A stretch of 64,000 bases of DNA from Rhizobiaceae bacterium (GCA_050184585.1 JBFXAF010000009.1:37695-101694); one strand, 5' to 3'; shown: positions 8,608-18,567, numbered from the stretch's first letter. Notes: a model not told the origin generated them from the letters alone. A program made the numbers and translations.

Positions 8608-8612
8608 AAATC

Positions 8613-10046
8613 TCACACGTTCAGCAGCAGGAACTCCCGCTCCCACGGGCTGATGACCTCCATGAAGGTCTCGAATTCGGCTCGCTTGATCGCCGCGTAG
8701 GTGGCGCAGAAGCCTTCGCCCAGCATGGCGCGAAGGTCCGCGTCGCCCTCGAAGAGGTCGACCGCTTCGAGCAGTCCGCGCGGCAGGTCGATCTCGTCCT
8801 CGTTGGCGGTAGTCAGGATCGGCGCCTCCGGCTCGATCTTGCGGCGCATGCCGATCAGCCCGCAGGCGAGCGAGGCGGCGAGCGCGAGATAGGGATTGGC
8901 GTCCGACGAGGGAATGCGGTTCTCGACCCGCCTTGCCGCCGGGTCGGAGCGCGGCACGCGGAAGGCCGTCGTGCGGTTGTCGTAGCCCCACTTGTTGTTG
9001 ACCGGCGCGGACGCCGCCTGGGTCAGCCGGCGGTACGAATTCACATAGGGCGCGAACATGACCAGCGCATTTGGCACATGCGTCTGCATGCCGCCGATGA
9101 AATGCCGGAAGGTCGCCGATTCCGAGCCGTCCGCCTCGGCGAAGACGTTCTGGCCGGTGCGTCTGTGCACCACCGACTGGTGGATGTGCATGGCCGAACC
9201 CGGCTGACCCTGGATCGGCTTGGCCATGAAGGTGGCGTAGGTGTCGTGCTTCAGCGCCGCCTCGCGGATCGTACGCTTGAACATGAAGACCTGGTCGGCG
9301 AGTTCGACGGGATCGCCATGGCGAAGGTTGATCTCGAGCTGGCCGGCGCCCTCCTCGTGGATCAACGTGTCGATCTCCAGCCCCTGGCTTTCGGAGAAAT
9401 GGTAGATGTCGTCGATCAGCTCGTCGAACTCGTTGACGCCGGCGATCGAATAGCCCGCGCCGCCGCCGATGGCGCGGCCCGACCGGCCGACCGGCGGGGT
9501 GAGCGGATAGTCGGGGTCGGGGTTCTTGCGCACGAGATAGAACTCGATCTCGGGCGCGACGACGGGTTTCAGTCCGTCCGCCTCATATGCCGCGAGAACC
9601 TTCTTGAGCACGTTGCGTGGCGTGAACTCGACGAAACGGCCTTCCTGATGGACGAGGTCGCAGATCACCTGCGCCGTCGGGTCGCTTTCCCATGGGACGA
9701 CCGTCAGCGTCGACAGGTCCGGCACCAGCTTCAGGTCGCCGTCGTCCTCGGGGTAGGAGAAGCCGTTGCCGTCCTCCGGATAGCCGCCGGAGATGGTCGC
9801 CATGAAGACGGCCGACGGCAGCGCCAGCGAGGTGTTCGAGGTGAACTTCTTGGAAGGCATCATCTTGCCGCGGGCGACGCCCGCCTGGTCTGGCGTGATG
9901 CACTCGATATCCTCGATGCCGCGCCATTCGAGCCACGCGCCGGCTTCCTTGAAATTTCGGACGCCGCGATGGTTCTTCAGAAACGCGGGCTTGCGCGAGC
10001 GCGACCCGCGGCCGGTGGGGCGCGCTTCCTTCTTCACGAGAGCCAT
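8613..10046 (-). CDS. glutamine synthetase family protein (gamma-glutamylpolyamine synthetase PuuA-like)
   Basis: About 477 aa with a GS catalytic-domain-like sequence (GSAMHIHQS, NSYRRL, WGYDNRTTAFRVP). ATG at 10046; the track start at 10049 is TTG. Confidence 0.85.
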   Translation of the reverse strand: MALVKKEARPTGRGSRSRKPAFLKNHRGVRNFKEAGAWLEWRGIEDIECITPDQAGVARGKMMPSKKFTSNTSLALPSAVFMATISGGYPEDGNGFSYPEDDGDLKLVPDLSTLTVVPWESDPTAQVICDLVHQEGRFVEFTPRNVLKKVLAAYEADGLKPVVAPEIEFYLVRKNPDPDYPLTPPVGRSGRAIGGGAGYSIAGVNEFDELIDDIYHFSESQGLEIDTLIHEEGAGQLEINLRHGDPVELADQVFMFKRTIREAALKHDTYATFMAKPIQGQPGSAMHIHQSVVHRRTGQNVFAEADGSESATFRHFIGGMQTHVPNALVMFAPYVNSYRRLTQAASAPVNNKWGYDNRTTAFRVPRSDPAARRVENRIPSSDANPYLALAASLACGLIGMRRKIEPEAPILTTANEDEIDLPRGLLEAVDLFEGDADLRAMLGEGFCATYAAIKRAEFETFMEVISPWEREFLLLNV

Positions 10047-10366
10047 CAATCACCAGGATTTGTTGCCGATGGCGAGACTATAGCCGGGCCGCGCGAACGA
10101 AGGGAAGGGGAGGGGAGTGGTGGTATGCCGGCGTGAATTTCAGCTCGCGACGCCATTTCGGTCGTTCGTGTCGACGGTGATCACTCCTGGAATCGGATCT
10201 TGCATGCGGCTGTCGTCATCGTTGACACTACCGCATAAGTCATGTGCAGAACTGCCGCTTTAATCGGGATTTTCCCGAAACTGGCAACGAACCGTAGACC
10301 ACCCCTCCTAAATCTTCGTTCAACTTGTCAGGTTTATTCTGGCGGCGGTTGTTCTTTGGAAATGCT

Positions 10367-11029
10367 ATGCTGTCTGCCCGTTTCCGCTTTCTGCCGATCC
10401 TCGCCGTGGCGCTGCTCGCTCTGACGCTGGCTGGATGCCGGGATATCTATGAATGGCATCAGAAACTCACCGTGACGGTAGAGACGCCCTTGGGCCAACG
10501 GTCAGGCTCCGGCATCGCCAAGATCGTCGCGCTGTTTGGCCGGCTTCCGGCCAGCAGCAGCGAAGTCGAGTACAGAATTACCGGCGAGGCGACGGTGGTG
10601 GAAATGTCGCCGGGGCAGTATCTTTTTGCGCTGTTGGATGAAGGCTCCAAAGAACTTGCCGCCGCTACTTGGAGAGGAGAGCTTCCCACGGGGCGTCACC
10701 ACTGGCTGCCACGCATCCCCGATCTGAAAGGTCCGAAGGATGTTCCGCAAGCCCGCTATCCCATGCTGGTGACGTTCACCGATCTCGGTAATCCCAAGAC
10801 CGTGCGCCGTCTCAACCCCGCCGATCTCGCGGCGACCTTTGGCCCCGGTTATGCCCTCAAGGGAATCACGCTGGAGATCACCGACGAGCCGGTGACAGTC
10901 GGAGCGGTGGAAAGCGTGCTGGGATGGCTGCACGATCCAACCTATCGAACGCCCCCTGTCTGGCCGTCCCTGACGCAACTGCAGCAAGATACGTTGTCGG
11001 GCATGGTGGTTCAAGGCCGCAGGCTATGA
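10367..11029 (+). CDS. hypothetical lipoprotein
   Basis: ATG 10367 gives MLSARFRFLPILAVALLALTLAGC with a lipobox (LAGC). No other motif recognised. Confidence 0.6.
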   Translation: MLSARFRFLPILAVALLALTLAGCRDIYEWHQKLTVTVETPLGQRSGSGIAKIVALFGRLPASSSEVEYRITGEATVVEMSPGQYLFALLDEGSKELAAATWRGELPTGRHHWLPRIPDLKGPKDVPQARYPMLVTFTDLGNPKTVRRLNPADLAATFGPGYALKGITLEITDEPVTVGAVESVLGWLHDPTYRTPPVWPSLTQLQQDTLSGMVVQGRRL

Positions 11030-11290
11030 CCCGGATTATAGCGGACGCGCTCTAGGGGCGGGTTCTTTCATCGCGTAGATTGTCGCGCAATTCCAAAGTT
11101 TCGCGACAAAATCGACGGCTCAAATTTCTCATGAAGAATCCGTCGCAAAAGTCAGGTGTAAGAGTCGAAATTGCGCGACAGATTTTTACGACAGTGGAAG
11201 GCTGCTTCCGCCCTCTGCTGGCCCAAATCCTGCCTATCCGCTCTCCACCCCCAAGCGGACGCTCAAGCGGACACGTGGGAAAACAGCAGA

Positions 11291-11314
11291 CCCCCGTGCG
11301 TGGCCGCACGGGGG
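11291..11314 (-). terminator. rho-independent terminator-like hairpin for the 79-aa gene
   Basis: cccccgtgcg-tggc-cgcacggggg, followed on the minus strand by a T-rich run (tctgctgtttt). Confidence 0.5.
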
Positions 11315-11354
11315 CCTCCTTCTCCCGAAAGTCAACGCCGTTCGAGCGGCAGGG

Positions 11355-11594
11355 TCAGCCGTGCGCCTGGGTGACGATGACCGGCGTGAGCAGGTCGCCC
11401 CAGTTGCCGTCGCCGCCGTGGTGACGGGCCGAGCGGATCAGCTCCACCGACACGCCGGCCTCGACCGCCTTCATGACGGCCTGGTTGAGGCGATGCAGGT
11501 CGTTGGCGACGATGCGGATCGCCGCCTGCTGGTCGTTGGTCATCGTCGAGGCCTGCTCCTCGGCGCGTTCCTTGACGTGGGTCCTGGGTGTCAC
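11355..11594 (-). CDS. hypothetical small protein (79 aa)
   Basis: GTG start preceded by AAGGAG at good spacing. High-GC3 coding look. No family recognised. Confidence 0.55.
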   Translation of the reverse strand: MTPRTHVKERAEEQASTMTNDQQAAIRIVANDLHRLNQAVMKAVEAGVSVELIRSARHHGGDGNWGDLLTPVIVTQAHG

Positions 11595-11718
11595 GGCTCT
11601 TCTCCTTGGCTCGCCCGTCGGGCGTTTCCTCTGTGACCTGCCCCTCGCTAGGGCTCAGGGCGTTCGTTCGCTTGGAAAGCCCATTCAGGGGCTTTCCATC
11701 TGCTTCGCAGACCGCTCC

Positions 11719-13008
<1,290 letters not shown>

Positions 13009-13252
13009 CTCTAGCACTCCTGGCAAATCGGTCGATTGTAGCGATGTGGTCGCGCCTGGGAGCAACGCGCCAAAGCTCTGTCAATCTCATTACATTGCAT
13101 CGCAGCAGAAACGAGCGCTTTCAGCATTCTCTGCAGAAAATAAGGGAAAATTGGTGTTGAGTTTGACAGGGTGTGGTTGTAACTTTGTCAAACCTGTCAA
13201 GCCGGTTCCGGCGCGAAAGGCCGGCGGGTCTGTCAAAAAGCTGTCAAGGACA

Positions 13253-14698
13253 ATGGCTGACCAGAAAATCTTCGCCGGGCCGCGCATACGCCGCATCCGC
13301 AACGCCAAGGGTCTGACGCAGACGGCGATGGCCGAGGGGCTGGGCATCTCGCCGTCCTACCTGAACCTGATCGAACGCAACCAGCGGCCGCTGACGGTCC
13401 AGCTCATTCTGAAGCTCGCGACGGCCTACAAGGTCGAAGCGGAGGAGCTGCAGGGTGAAGGGCGGGGTTCCGTCGCCGCGCTCAAGGAGGTCTTCGCCGA
13501 TCCGCTGCTGACGGGCGAACTGCCCGGCGACCAGGAACTCGTCGAGATCGCCGAGGCCGCGCCGAACGCGGCGGCGGGGATGATCAAACTCTATCGGGCG
13601 TATCGGGAGCAGGCCGAGAGACTGACGGACCTGAACGAGCTGCTCGCGCGGGACGGGCGCTCGACGGCCGCGACCGGCGCGCGCCTGCCGATCGACGAGG
13701 TGCGCGAAGCCTTCGAGCGACGGCCGAACCATTTCGTCGCGATCGAGGAAGAGGCCGAGGCATTCTGGACCCTGCTCGATCCCGGCGAGGATCTGTTCGG
13801 CGCGCTGAAGGTATGGCTCAAGCGCGAATACGGCATCGTGGTGCGGTCGCTGCCCGTGGCGACGATGCCCAACTGGCGTCGCCGCTACGACCGGCATTCG
13901 CAGCGCCTGTTCCTGTCCGAGCGCCTGTCGCCGTTCGACCAGTTGCGCGAGGCGGCGATGGAGGCGTGCCTGATCCGGATGACGGCGACCGTGGCGGCCG
14001 AGATCCAGGCGCTGAAGCTGTCGTCGGACGAGGCGCGGCGGCTGGCCCGGTTCGAACTCGGCCGCTACGCCGCGCACGCGCTGATGATGCCATATGGCGT
14101 CTTTCAAGCGGCCGCGGTTCGGGCGCGATATGATGTCGACGTGCTGCGCTCGCGCTTCGGCGTGTCCTTCGAGCACGCGGCGAACCGGCTGACCACGCTC
14201 TGCCGGACGGGCGCATCCGGGGTGCCCTTCTTCATGCTGGAGGTGGACAATGCCGGCCATCGTTTCCGGCGAGCGGGCGCGCAGGGCTATCCGCACGGCC
14301 GTTTCGGCGGCGGTTGTCCCAAGCTCGCCGTGCACGCGGCCTTCGCCCAGCCGGGGCAGATCCTGGTCGAGGCGGTGGAGATGCCAGACGGCGCCGAGTT
14401 CCTGACCATTGCGCGCACCCTGGAGGGGCCACAGGGGGCGTTCAGCGAGCGGCCGCGGCGCACCGCGCTGCTGATCGGATGCGACATCGCCTTCAGGGAC
14501 GAGGTCGTCTACGGCGCGGCGCTGCCGGGCGCGCCGCAGGCCGCCGGCTCGAAGCAGGGTATCGCGGCGGTCCAGGTCGGTTCCGCCTGCCGGCTGTGCG
14601 AACGGCAGGGCTGCCTCGCCCGCGCCGAACCGCCGGTGACGCGCCCGCTGGGACTGGACGAGATGGTAACGGGGCTGAGCGCCTTCGATTTCAGGTGA
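13253..14698 (+). CDS. XRE-family regulator with degenerate M78 domain and C-terminal DUF2083-like region (RamB / short-chain fatty acyl-CoA regulator type)
   Basis: HTH (LTQTAMAEGLGISPSYLNLIERNQR). Divergent from aceA, as for RamB. The HEXXH position reads FELGRY (14051..14068). Confidence 0.8.
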   Translation: MADQKIFAGPRIRRIRNAKGLTQTAMAEGLGISPSYLNLIERNQRPLTVQLILKLATAYKVEAEELQGEGRGSVAALKEVFADPLLTGELPGDQELVEIAEAAPNAAAGMIKLYRAYREQAERLTDLNELLARDGRSTAATGARLPIDEVREAFERRPNHFVAIEEEAEAFWTLLDPGEDLFGALKVWLKREYGIVVRSLPVATMPNWRRRYDRHSQRLFLSERLSPFDQLREAAMEACLIRMTATVAAEIQALKLSSDEARRLARFELGRYAAHALMMPYGVFQAAAVRARYDVDVLRSRFGVSFEHAANRLTTLCRTGASGVPFFMLEVDNAGHRFRRAGAQGYPHGRFGGGCPKLAVHAAFAQPGQILVEAVEMPDGAEFLTIARTLEGPQGAFSERPRRTALLIGCDIAFRDEVVYGAALPGAPQAAGSKQGIAAVQVGSACRLCERQGCLARAEPPVTRPLGLDEMVTGLSAFDFR

Positions 14699-14707
14699 CG
14701 CCGGTGC

Positions 14708-15007
14708 CTATTCCTCTTGGCCCATCAGCGCTGCAACGTCTCTTCGGCCATCTACGACTGCGGCGATAAGTACCTCCTTGCCAGGCGGGTCGAAGCTGTA
14801 GAAAACGAGGTGGTTTCGTACGGACAGAACTCGATACCGCGAATTGTACCGCCTTGCCGTTTCCGGAAAATCCGCGAGACGCATGGTAGCTAGTACGATA
14901 TCTTCCAGATATCGGACGGCAGCGAGTGGATTCTCCGCTGATATGTACCGATATGTGTCTTGCAAGTCTTCTTCGGCTGCATCAAGCCAGACGACCTCAA
15001 CGGTCAT
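14708..15007 (-). CDS. type II toxin, ParE/RelE family
   Basis: 99 aa with family-typical features (LQDTYRYISAENPLAAVRYLEDI, VFYSF, IAAVVDGRRD). Overlaps the upstream antitoxin ORF by 11 nt. Confidence 0.8.
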   Translation of the reverse strand: MTVEVVWLDAAEEDLQDTYRYISAENPLAAVRYLEDIVLATMRLADFPETARRYNSRYRVLSVRNHLVFYSFDPPGKEVLIAAVVDGRRDVAALMGQEE

Positions 15008-15194
15008 AAATAGCTCTCAAACGGGCGACAACCTCGGCATGTGGTGTTTTACCACCCCGCGCCTCAGCCGCTGCCAGTTTTGCGTCGATGCGTTTCCGCG
15101 CGGCCATCACGAGTAAAGCCTGTGCGAGTTCCTCCTGCTCGTCCTCGGGCAGGGACTCGACTTCCTTGATGGCATCCTTCAGCGTCTGGTTCAT
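14997..15194 (-). CDS. cognate antitoxin (addiction-module component)
   Basis: 65 aa acidic helical ORF immediately upstream of, and overlapping, the ParE-like toxin. Confidence 0.65.
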   Translation of the reverse strand: MNQTLKDAIKEVESLPEDEQEELAQALLVMAARKRIDAKLAAAEARGGKTPHAEVVARLRAIYDR

Positions 15195-15225
15195 CGACTT
15201 AATTTAGCACATCTGTAGTCGCTCT

Positions 15226-16203
15226 TCACCCCACGTCCACCACCACGTTGCCGATCGCCTTGCCGCCTTCCACCGCCTCGTGGGCGGCGGCGATGTCCTT
15301 CAAAGGGAAGCGCGGGCCGATCGAATGCTTCAGCGCGCCCTGCTCCAGCAGATGGCCGAGTTCGGCGATGGCGGCCTTCCGGTCTTCCGGCTTCAGTTCG
15401 TAGACAACGAAGACCTTGAGCGCATAGCTGTTCCAGAGCATTGCCGGAAACGAGATGGCGACGTCGGCGGCCACGTTCGAGCCATAGCAGACATAGGTCG
15501 AATGCGGCACCATGATCGCGTCGGCGATCAACTTGGCGTTGGTCGACAGGTCCATGTCGATGATGCCGTGGACGCCCTTGTCCCGGGTCAGTTCCTTGAC
15601 CACCTTGGCGACGTCCTTCTTGCGGTAGTCGACGACGAAGTCGGCGCCCGCCGCCCGCGCGTGGTCGGCCTTCGCCTCGGACGCCGTGCCGATGACCCGG
15701 GCGCCCTTGGCCTTGGCGATCTGCACGATGTAATGCCCGACCGACGATCCCGCGCCGGTGACGAGCAGCGTCTTGCCGGCGACGTTGCCTTGCAGCCGCA
15801 CGGCCTGCACGGCGGTGAGCGCGGGTATGCCCATGCAGGCGCCGGCCGCCATGTCGACACGGTTTGGCAGCTTCACGGCCTGCTCGGCGGGCAGCACGCA
15901 GCATTCGGCGGCGGTGCCGAATGGACGCTGCCACTGCGCGTTCCACGTCCAGACCCGTTCGCCGACGCGACCGTGGTCGACGCCCTGGCCGACCGCGTCG
16001 ATGACGCCGGCTCCGTCGCTGTGCGGGATGACTCGCGGACCGACCATCGGCCGGCCGCGGCGGCTCTTCACGTCGGAGGGGTTGACGCCGGACGTCGCGA
16101 TCTTGACGCGCACCTCGCCCGGACCCGGGTCCGGCGTCTCGATGTCGCCGACCCTCAGCACGTCGCGCGCCGCGCCGTTGCGTTCGTACCAGGCTGCTTT
16201 CAT
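15226..16203 (-). CDS. NADPH:quinone oxidoreductase / zinc-type alcohol dehydrogenase-like (MDR) protein
   Basis: ATG 16203 (MKAAWYERNG...). Has a GAGSSVGHY Rossmann motif. The track ORF extension to 17496 is antisense to the EamA gene. Confidence 0.85.
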   Translation of the reverse strand: MKAAWYERNGAARDVLRVGDIETPDPGPGEVRVKIATSGVNPSDVKSRRGRPMVGPRVIPHSDGAGVIDAVGQGVDHGRVGERVWTWNAQWQRPFGTAAECCVLPAEQAVKLPNRVDMAAGACMGIPALTAVQAVRLQGNVAGKTLLVTGAGSSVGHYIVQIAKAKGARVIGTASEAKADHARAAGADFVVDYRKKDVAKVVKELTRDKGVHGIIDMDLSTNAKLIADAIMVPHSTYVCYGSNVAADVAISFPAMLWNSYALKVFVVYELKPEDRKAAIAELGHLLEQGALKHSIGPRFPLKDIAAAHEAVEGGKAIGNVVVDVG

Positions 16204-16374
16204 GGCCGTCCTCCGTCGCCGCATGAGACCAGAAGGGGGCGTCCGTCGCAACGTCGCGTGGCGCTTGACGATCCGCTTGGTTGACACAAACCAAAGACCG
16301 GGCTGGATCAGGCCAAGCGCGCGGCCTTTCAATAGTCGAGGTCGACGCGGCACCCGCCGGGACACCCTCTGGCA

Positions 16375-17322
16375 ATGACGAACACCGGACCGGCAACGAC
16401 ACCCGCCGCAGGATCGCGGGGCGACGAGCGCCTCGGCTTCCTGCTGGTCTTCCTCTCGGCCTTCGTCTGGAGCTTCGGCGGCGCGCTCGCGCGCTACATC
16501 GAGGCGGAGTCGAGCTGGACGGTGGTGTTCTGGCGCTCGCTCTGGGCGGCGCTGTTCCTCATCGGCTTCATGCTCGTGCGCGACGGACGCGCCGGTACGG
16601 TCGCCCTCTTCAGGGGCATGGGGCTGGCGGGCGTCGTCGTCGCCATCTGCTTCGCCACCGCGTCGACGTCGTTCATCGTCGCGCTCTCCTTCACGACGGT
16701 CGCCAACGTGGTCCTGATCCAGGCCGGCGTGCCGCTGCTCGCGGCGCTGATCGCCTGGGTCGTGTTTCGCGAGACGGTGGGGCCGGCGACCTGGGCGGCC
16801 ATCGCTGCCGTCATCCTCGGCGTGACGATCATGGTCTCGGATTCCTTCTCCGGAAAAGTCTCGCCCGTCGGTGACGGGCTTGCGGTCTTGATCGCCTGCG
16901 CCTTCGCCACGGCGACCGTCGTCACCCGGCGCTACGCCCATGTAAGGATGACGCCCGCGACCTGCGTCGGCACGATGATCGCCGCGACGGTTGCGTTCGT
17001 TCTGGCGCCTTCGCTCGCCGTCACCGCCGTCGACATGAGTTTCCTCTTCGCCTTCGGGGCGCTCAACCTCGGGCTCGGGCTCGCCTGCTTCACCATCGGC
17101 GCGCGACTCGTGCCGGCGGCATTCGCGGCGCTGATCGGCACGCTGGAGACGGTTCTCGCGCCGGTATGGGTCTGGCTGGCGCATGGGGAGATCCCGTCCG
17201 GACGCACGATCGTGGGGGGGACGGTGGTGTTCGTGGCGTTGCTCGTGCACATCGGAATGGAGTTGCGGCGCCAGGCGCGTCCGACGCGTCCAGGGGTAGG
17301 CGGCTTCCCCACGCCGAACTGA
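16375..17322 (+). CDS. DMT superfamily (EamA-like) transporter
   Basis: 315 aa with about 10 hydrophobic segments and a two-EamA-repeat look. Confidence 0.85.
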   Translation: MTNTGPATTPAAGSRGDERLGFLLVFLSAFVWSFGGALARYIEAESSWTVVFWRSLWAALFLIGFMLVRDGRAGTVALFRGMGLAGVVVAICFATASTSFIVALSFTTVANVVLIQAGVPLLAALIAWVVFRETVGPATWAAIAAVILGVTIMVSDSFSGKVSPVGDGLAVLIACAFATATVVTRRYAHVRMTPATCVGTMIAATVAFVLAPSLAVTAVDMSFLFAFGALNLGLGLACFTIGARLVPAAFAALIGTLETVLAPVWVWLAHGEIPSGRTIVGGTVVFVALLVHIGMELRRQARPTRPGVGGFPTPN

Positions 17323-17461
17323 CACGGCGCGCCGCGCGCGCCGGTTTTCCGTCCTGGCAGAGGGTGCTTGTCGCACCGCGAAAACCCACTTAGGTTCGAC
17401 CCCGACTGGCCGCGAATGCCCCCGCGCGGGCAACGAAGCCAACGATTGACAGGAGAACGAC

Positions 17462-18559
17462 ATGACAGGCACTTTTCTACGCCTCGCCGCGGCCACCGCA
17501 CTCGCCGCGGGCCTCGTCTCGCCGGCTTCCGCTCAGGAGCGGGTAGTCAACGTCTACAATTGGTCCGACTACATCGACGACTCGCTGATCGAGGAGTTCA
17601 CCGCCGAGACGGGCATCAAGGTCGTCTACGACGTTTTCGACTCCAACGAGATCCTGGAGACAAAGCTCCTGGCCGGCGGTTCCGGCTATGACGTGGTCGT
17701 GCCCACCGGCTCGTTCCTGGCCCGCCAGATCGAGGCAGGGGTGTTCCAGAAGCTGGACAAGGCGAAGCTGCCGAACCTCGCCAACATGTGGGACATGGTG
17801 TCCGAACGGACGGCCAAGTACGACCCGGGCAATGACTATTCGATCAACTACATGTGGGGCACGGTCGGCATCGGCTACAATGAGCGCAAGGTCGCCGACG
17901 CCCTGGGCATCGAGAAGGTCGACAGCTGGGATGTCGTCTTCAAGCCCGAGAACATGGAGAAGCTGAACGCCTGCGGCGTCTACTTCCTGGACTCGCCGAC
18001 GGACATCATGCCCGCGGCCCTGAAGTTTCTCGGGCTCGACCCTGCAAGCGTCGAGCCGGATGACTTCGCCAAGGCCGAGGAACTGATGGTCTCGATCCGG
18101 CCCTATGTCCGCAAGTTCCATTCGTCCGAATACATCAACGCACTGGCCAACGGCGACATCTGCGTCGCCGTCGGCTGGTCAGGCGACGTGTTCCAGGCGC
18201 GCGACCGCGCGGTCGAGGCAGACCAGGGCGTCAGCGTCGCCTATGTGGTGCCCAACGAAGGCGCGCAGATGTGGTTCGACCAGATGGCGATACCGGCGGA
18301 CGCGAAGAATGTCGCCGAGGCGCATGAGTTCCTCAACTTCATCATGAAGCCGGAGGTGGCCGCCAAGGCGACCAACTACATCTACTTCGCCAACGGCAAC
18401 CGTGCGTCGCAGGAGTTCATCGAGAAGGAGATCCTCGAGGATCCGTCGATCTATCCGACCGGTGACGCGCTGGCCAAGCTCTATACGGTCCAGCCTTACG
18501 ATCCCAAGACGCAGCGACTGGTGACGCGTTCCTGGACGCGCATCGTCACCGGCCAATGA
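17462..18559 (+). CDS. potF: putrescine-binding periplasmic protein
   Basis: Signal peptide followed by VNVYNWSDYI, typical of PotF/PotD. AGGAGA RBS. First gene of potFGHI. Confidence 0.9.
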   Translation: MTGTFLRLAAATALAAGLVSPASAQERVVNVYNWSDYIDDSLIEEFTAETGIKVVYDVFDSNEILETKLLAGGSGYDVVVPTGSFLARQIEAGVFQKLDKAKLPNLANMWDMVSERTAKYDPGNDYSINYMWGTVGIGYNERKVADALGIEKVDSWDVVFKPENMEKLNACGVYFLDSPTDIMPAALKFLGLDPASVEPDDFAKAEELMVSIRPYVRKFHSSEYINALANGDICVAVGWSGDVFQARDRAVEADQGVSVAYVVPNEGAQMWFDQMAIPADAKNVAEAHEFLNFIMKPEVAAKATNYIYFANGNRASQEFIEKEILEDPSIYPTGDALAKLYTVQPYDPKTQRLVTRSWTRIVTGQ

Positions 18560-18567
18560 CATAAGGG

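Noticed and set aside
8379-10136. 585-aa plus-strand ORF containing a PTALLPYC peptide repeat
   Set aside because: It is antisense to the GS-like gene. The peptide repeat is just the 8-bp DNA tandem repeat read in frame (8 nt x 3 = 8 aa).
17355-17375. Sigma-54-like TGGCAG-N-GCTTG element upstream of potF
   Set aside because: The GG to GC spacing is 8 nt rather than the required 10, so it does not fit the -24/-12 geometry.
17385-17410. tRNA-like GGTTCGAcCCC motif upstream of potF
   Set aside because: Flanking sequence cannot form acceptor, D or anticodon arms, and there is no matching T-stem complement.
15226-17496. 756-aa minus-strand ORF
   Set aside because: Only the C-terminal 325 aa (from ATG 16203) matches a quinone oxidoreductase. 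The upstream extension is antisense to the EamA transporter and is compositionally artefactual.
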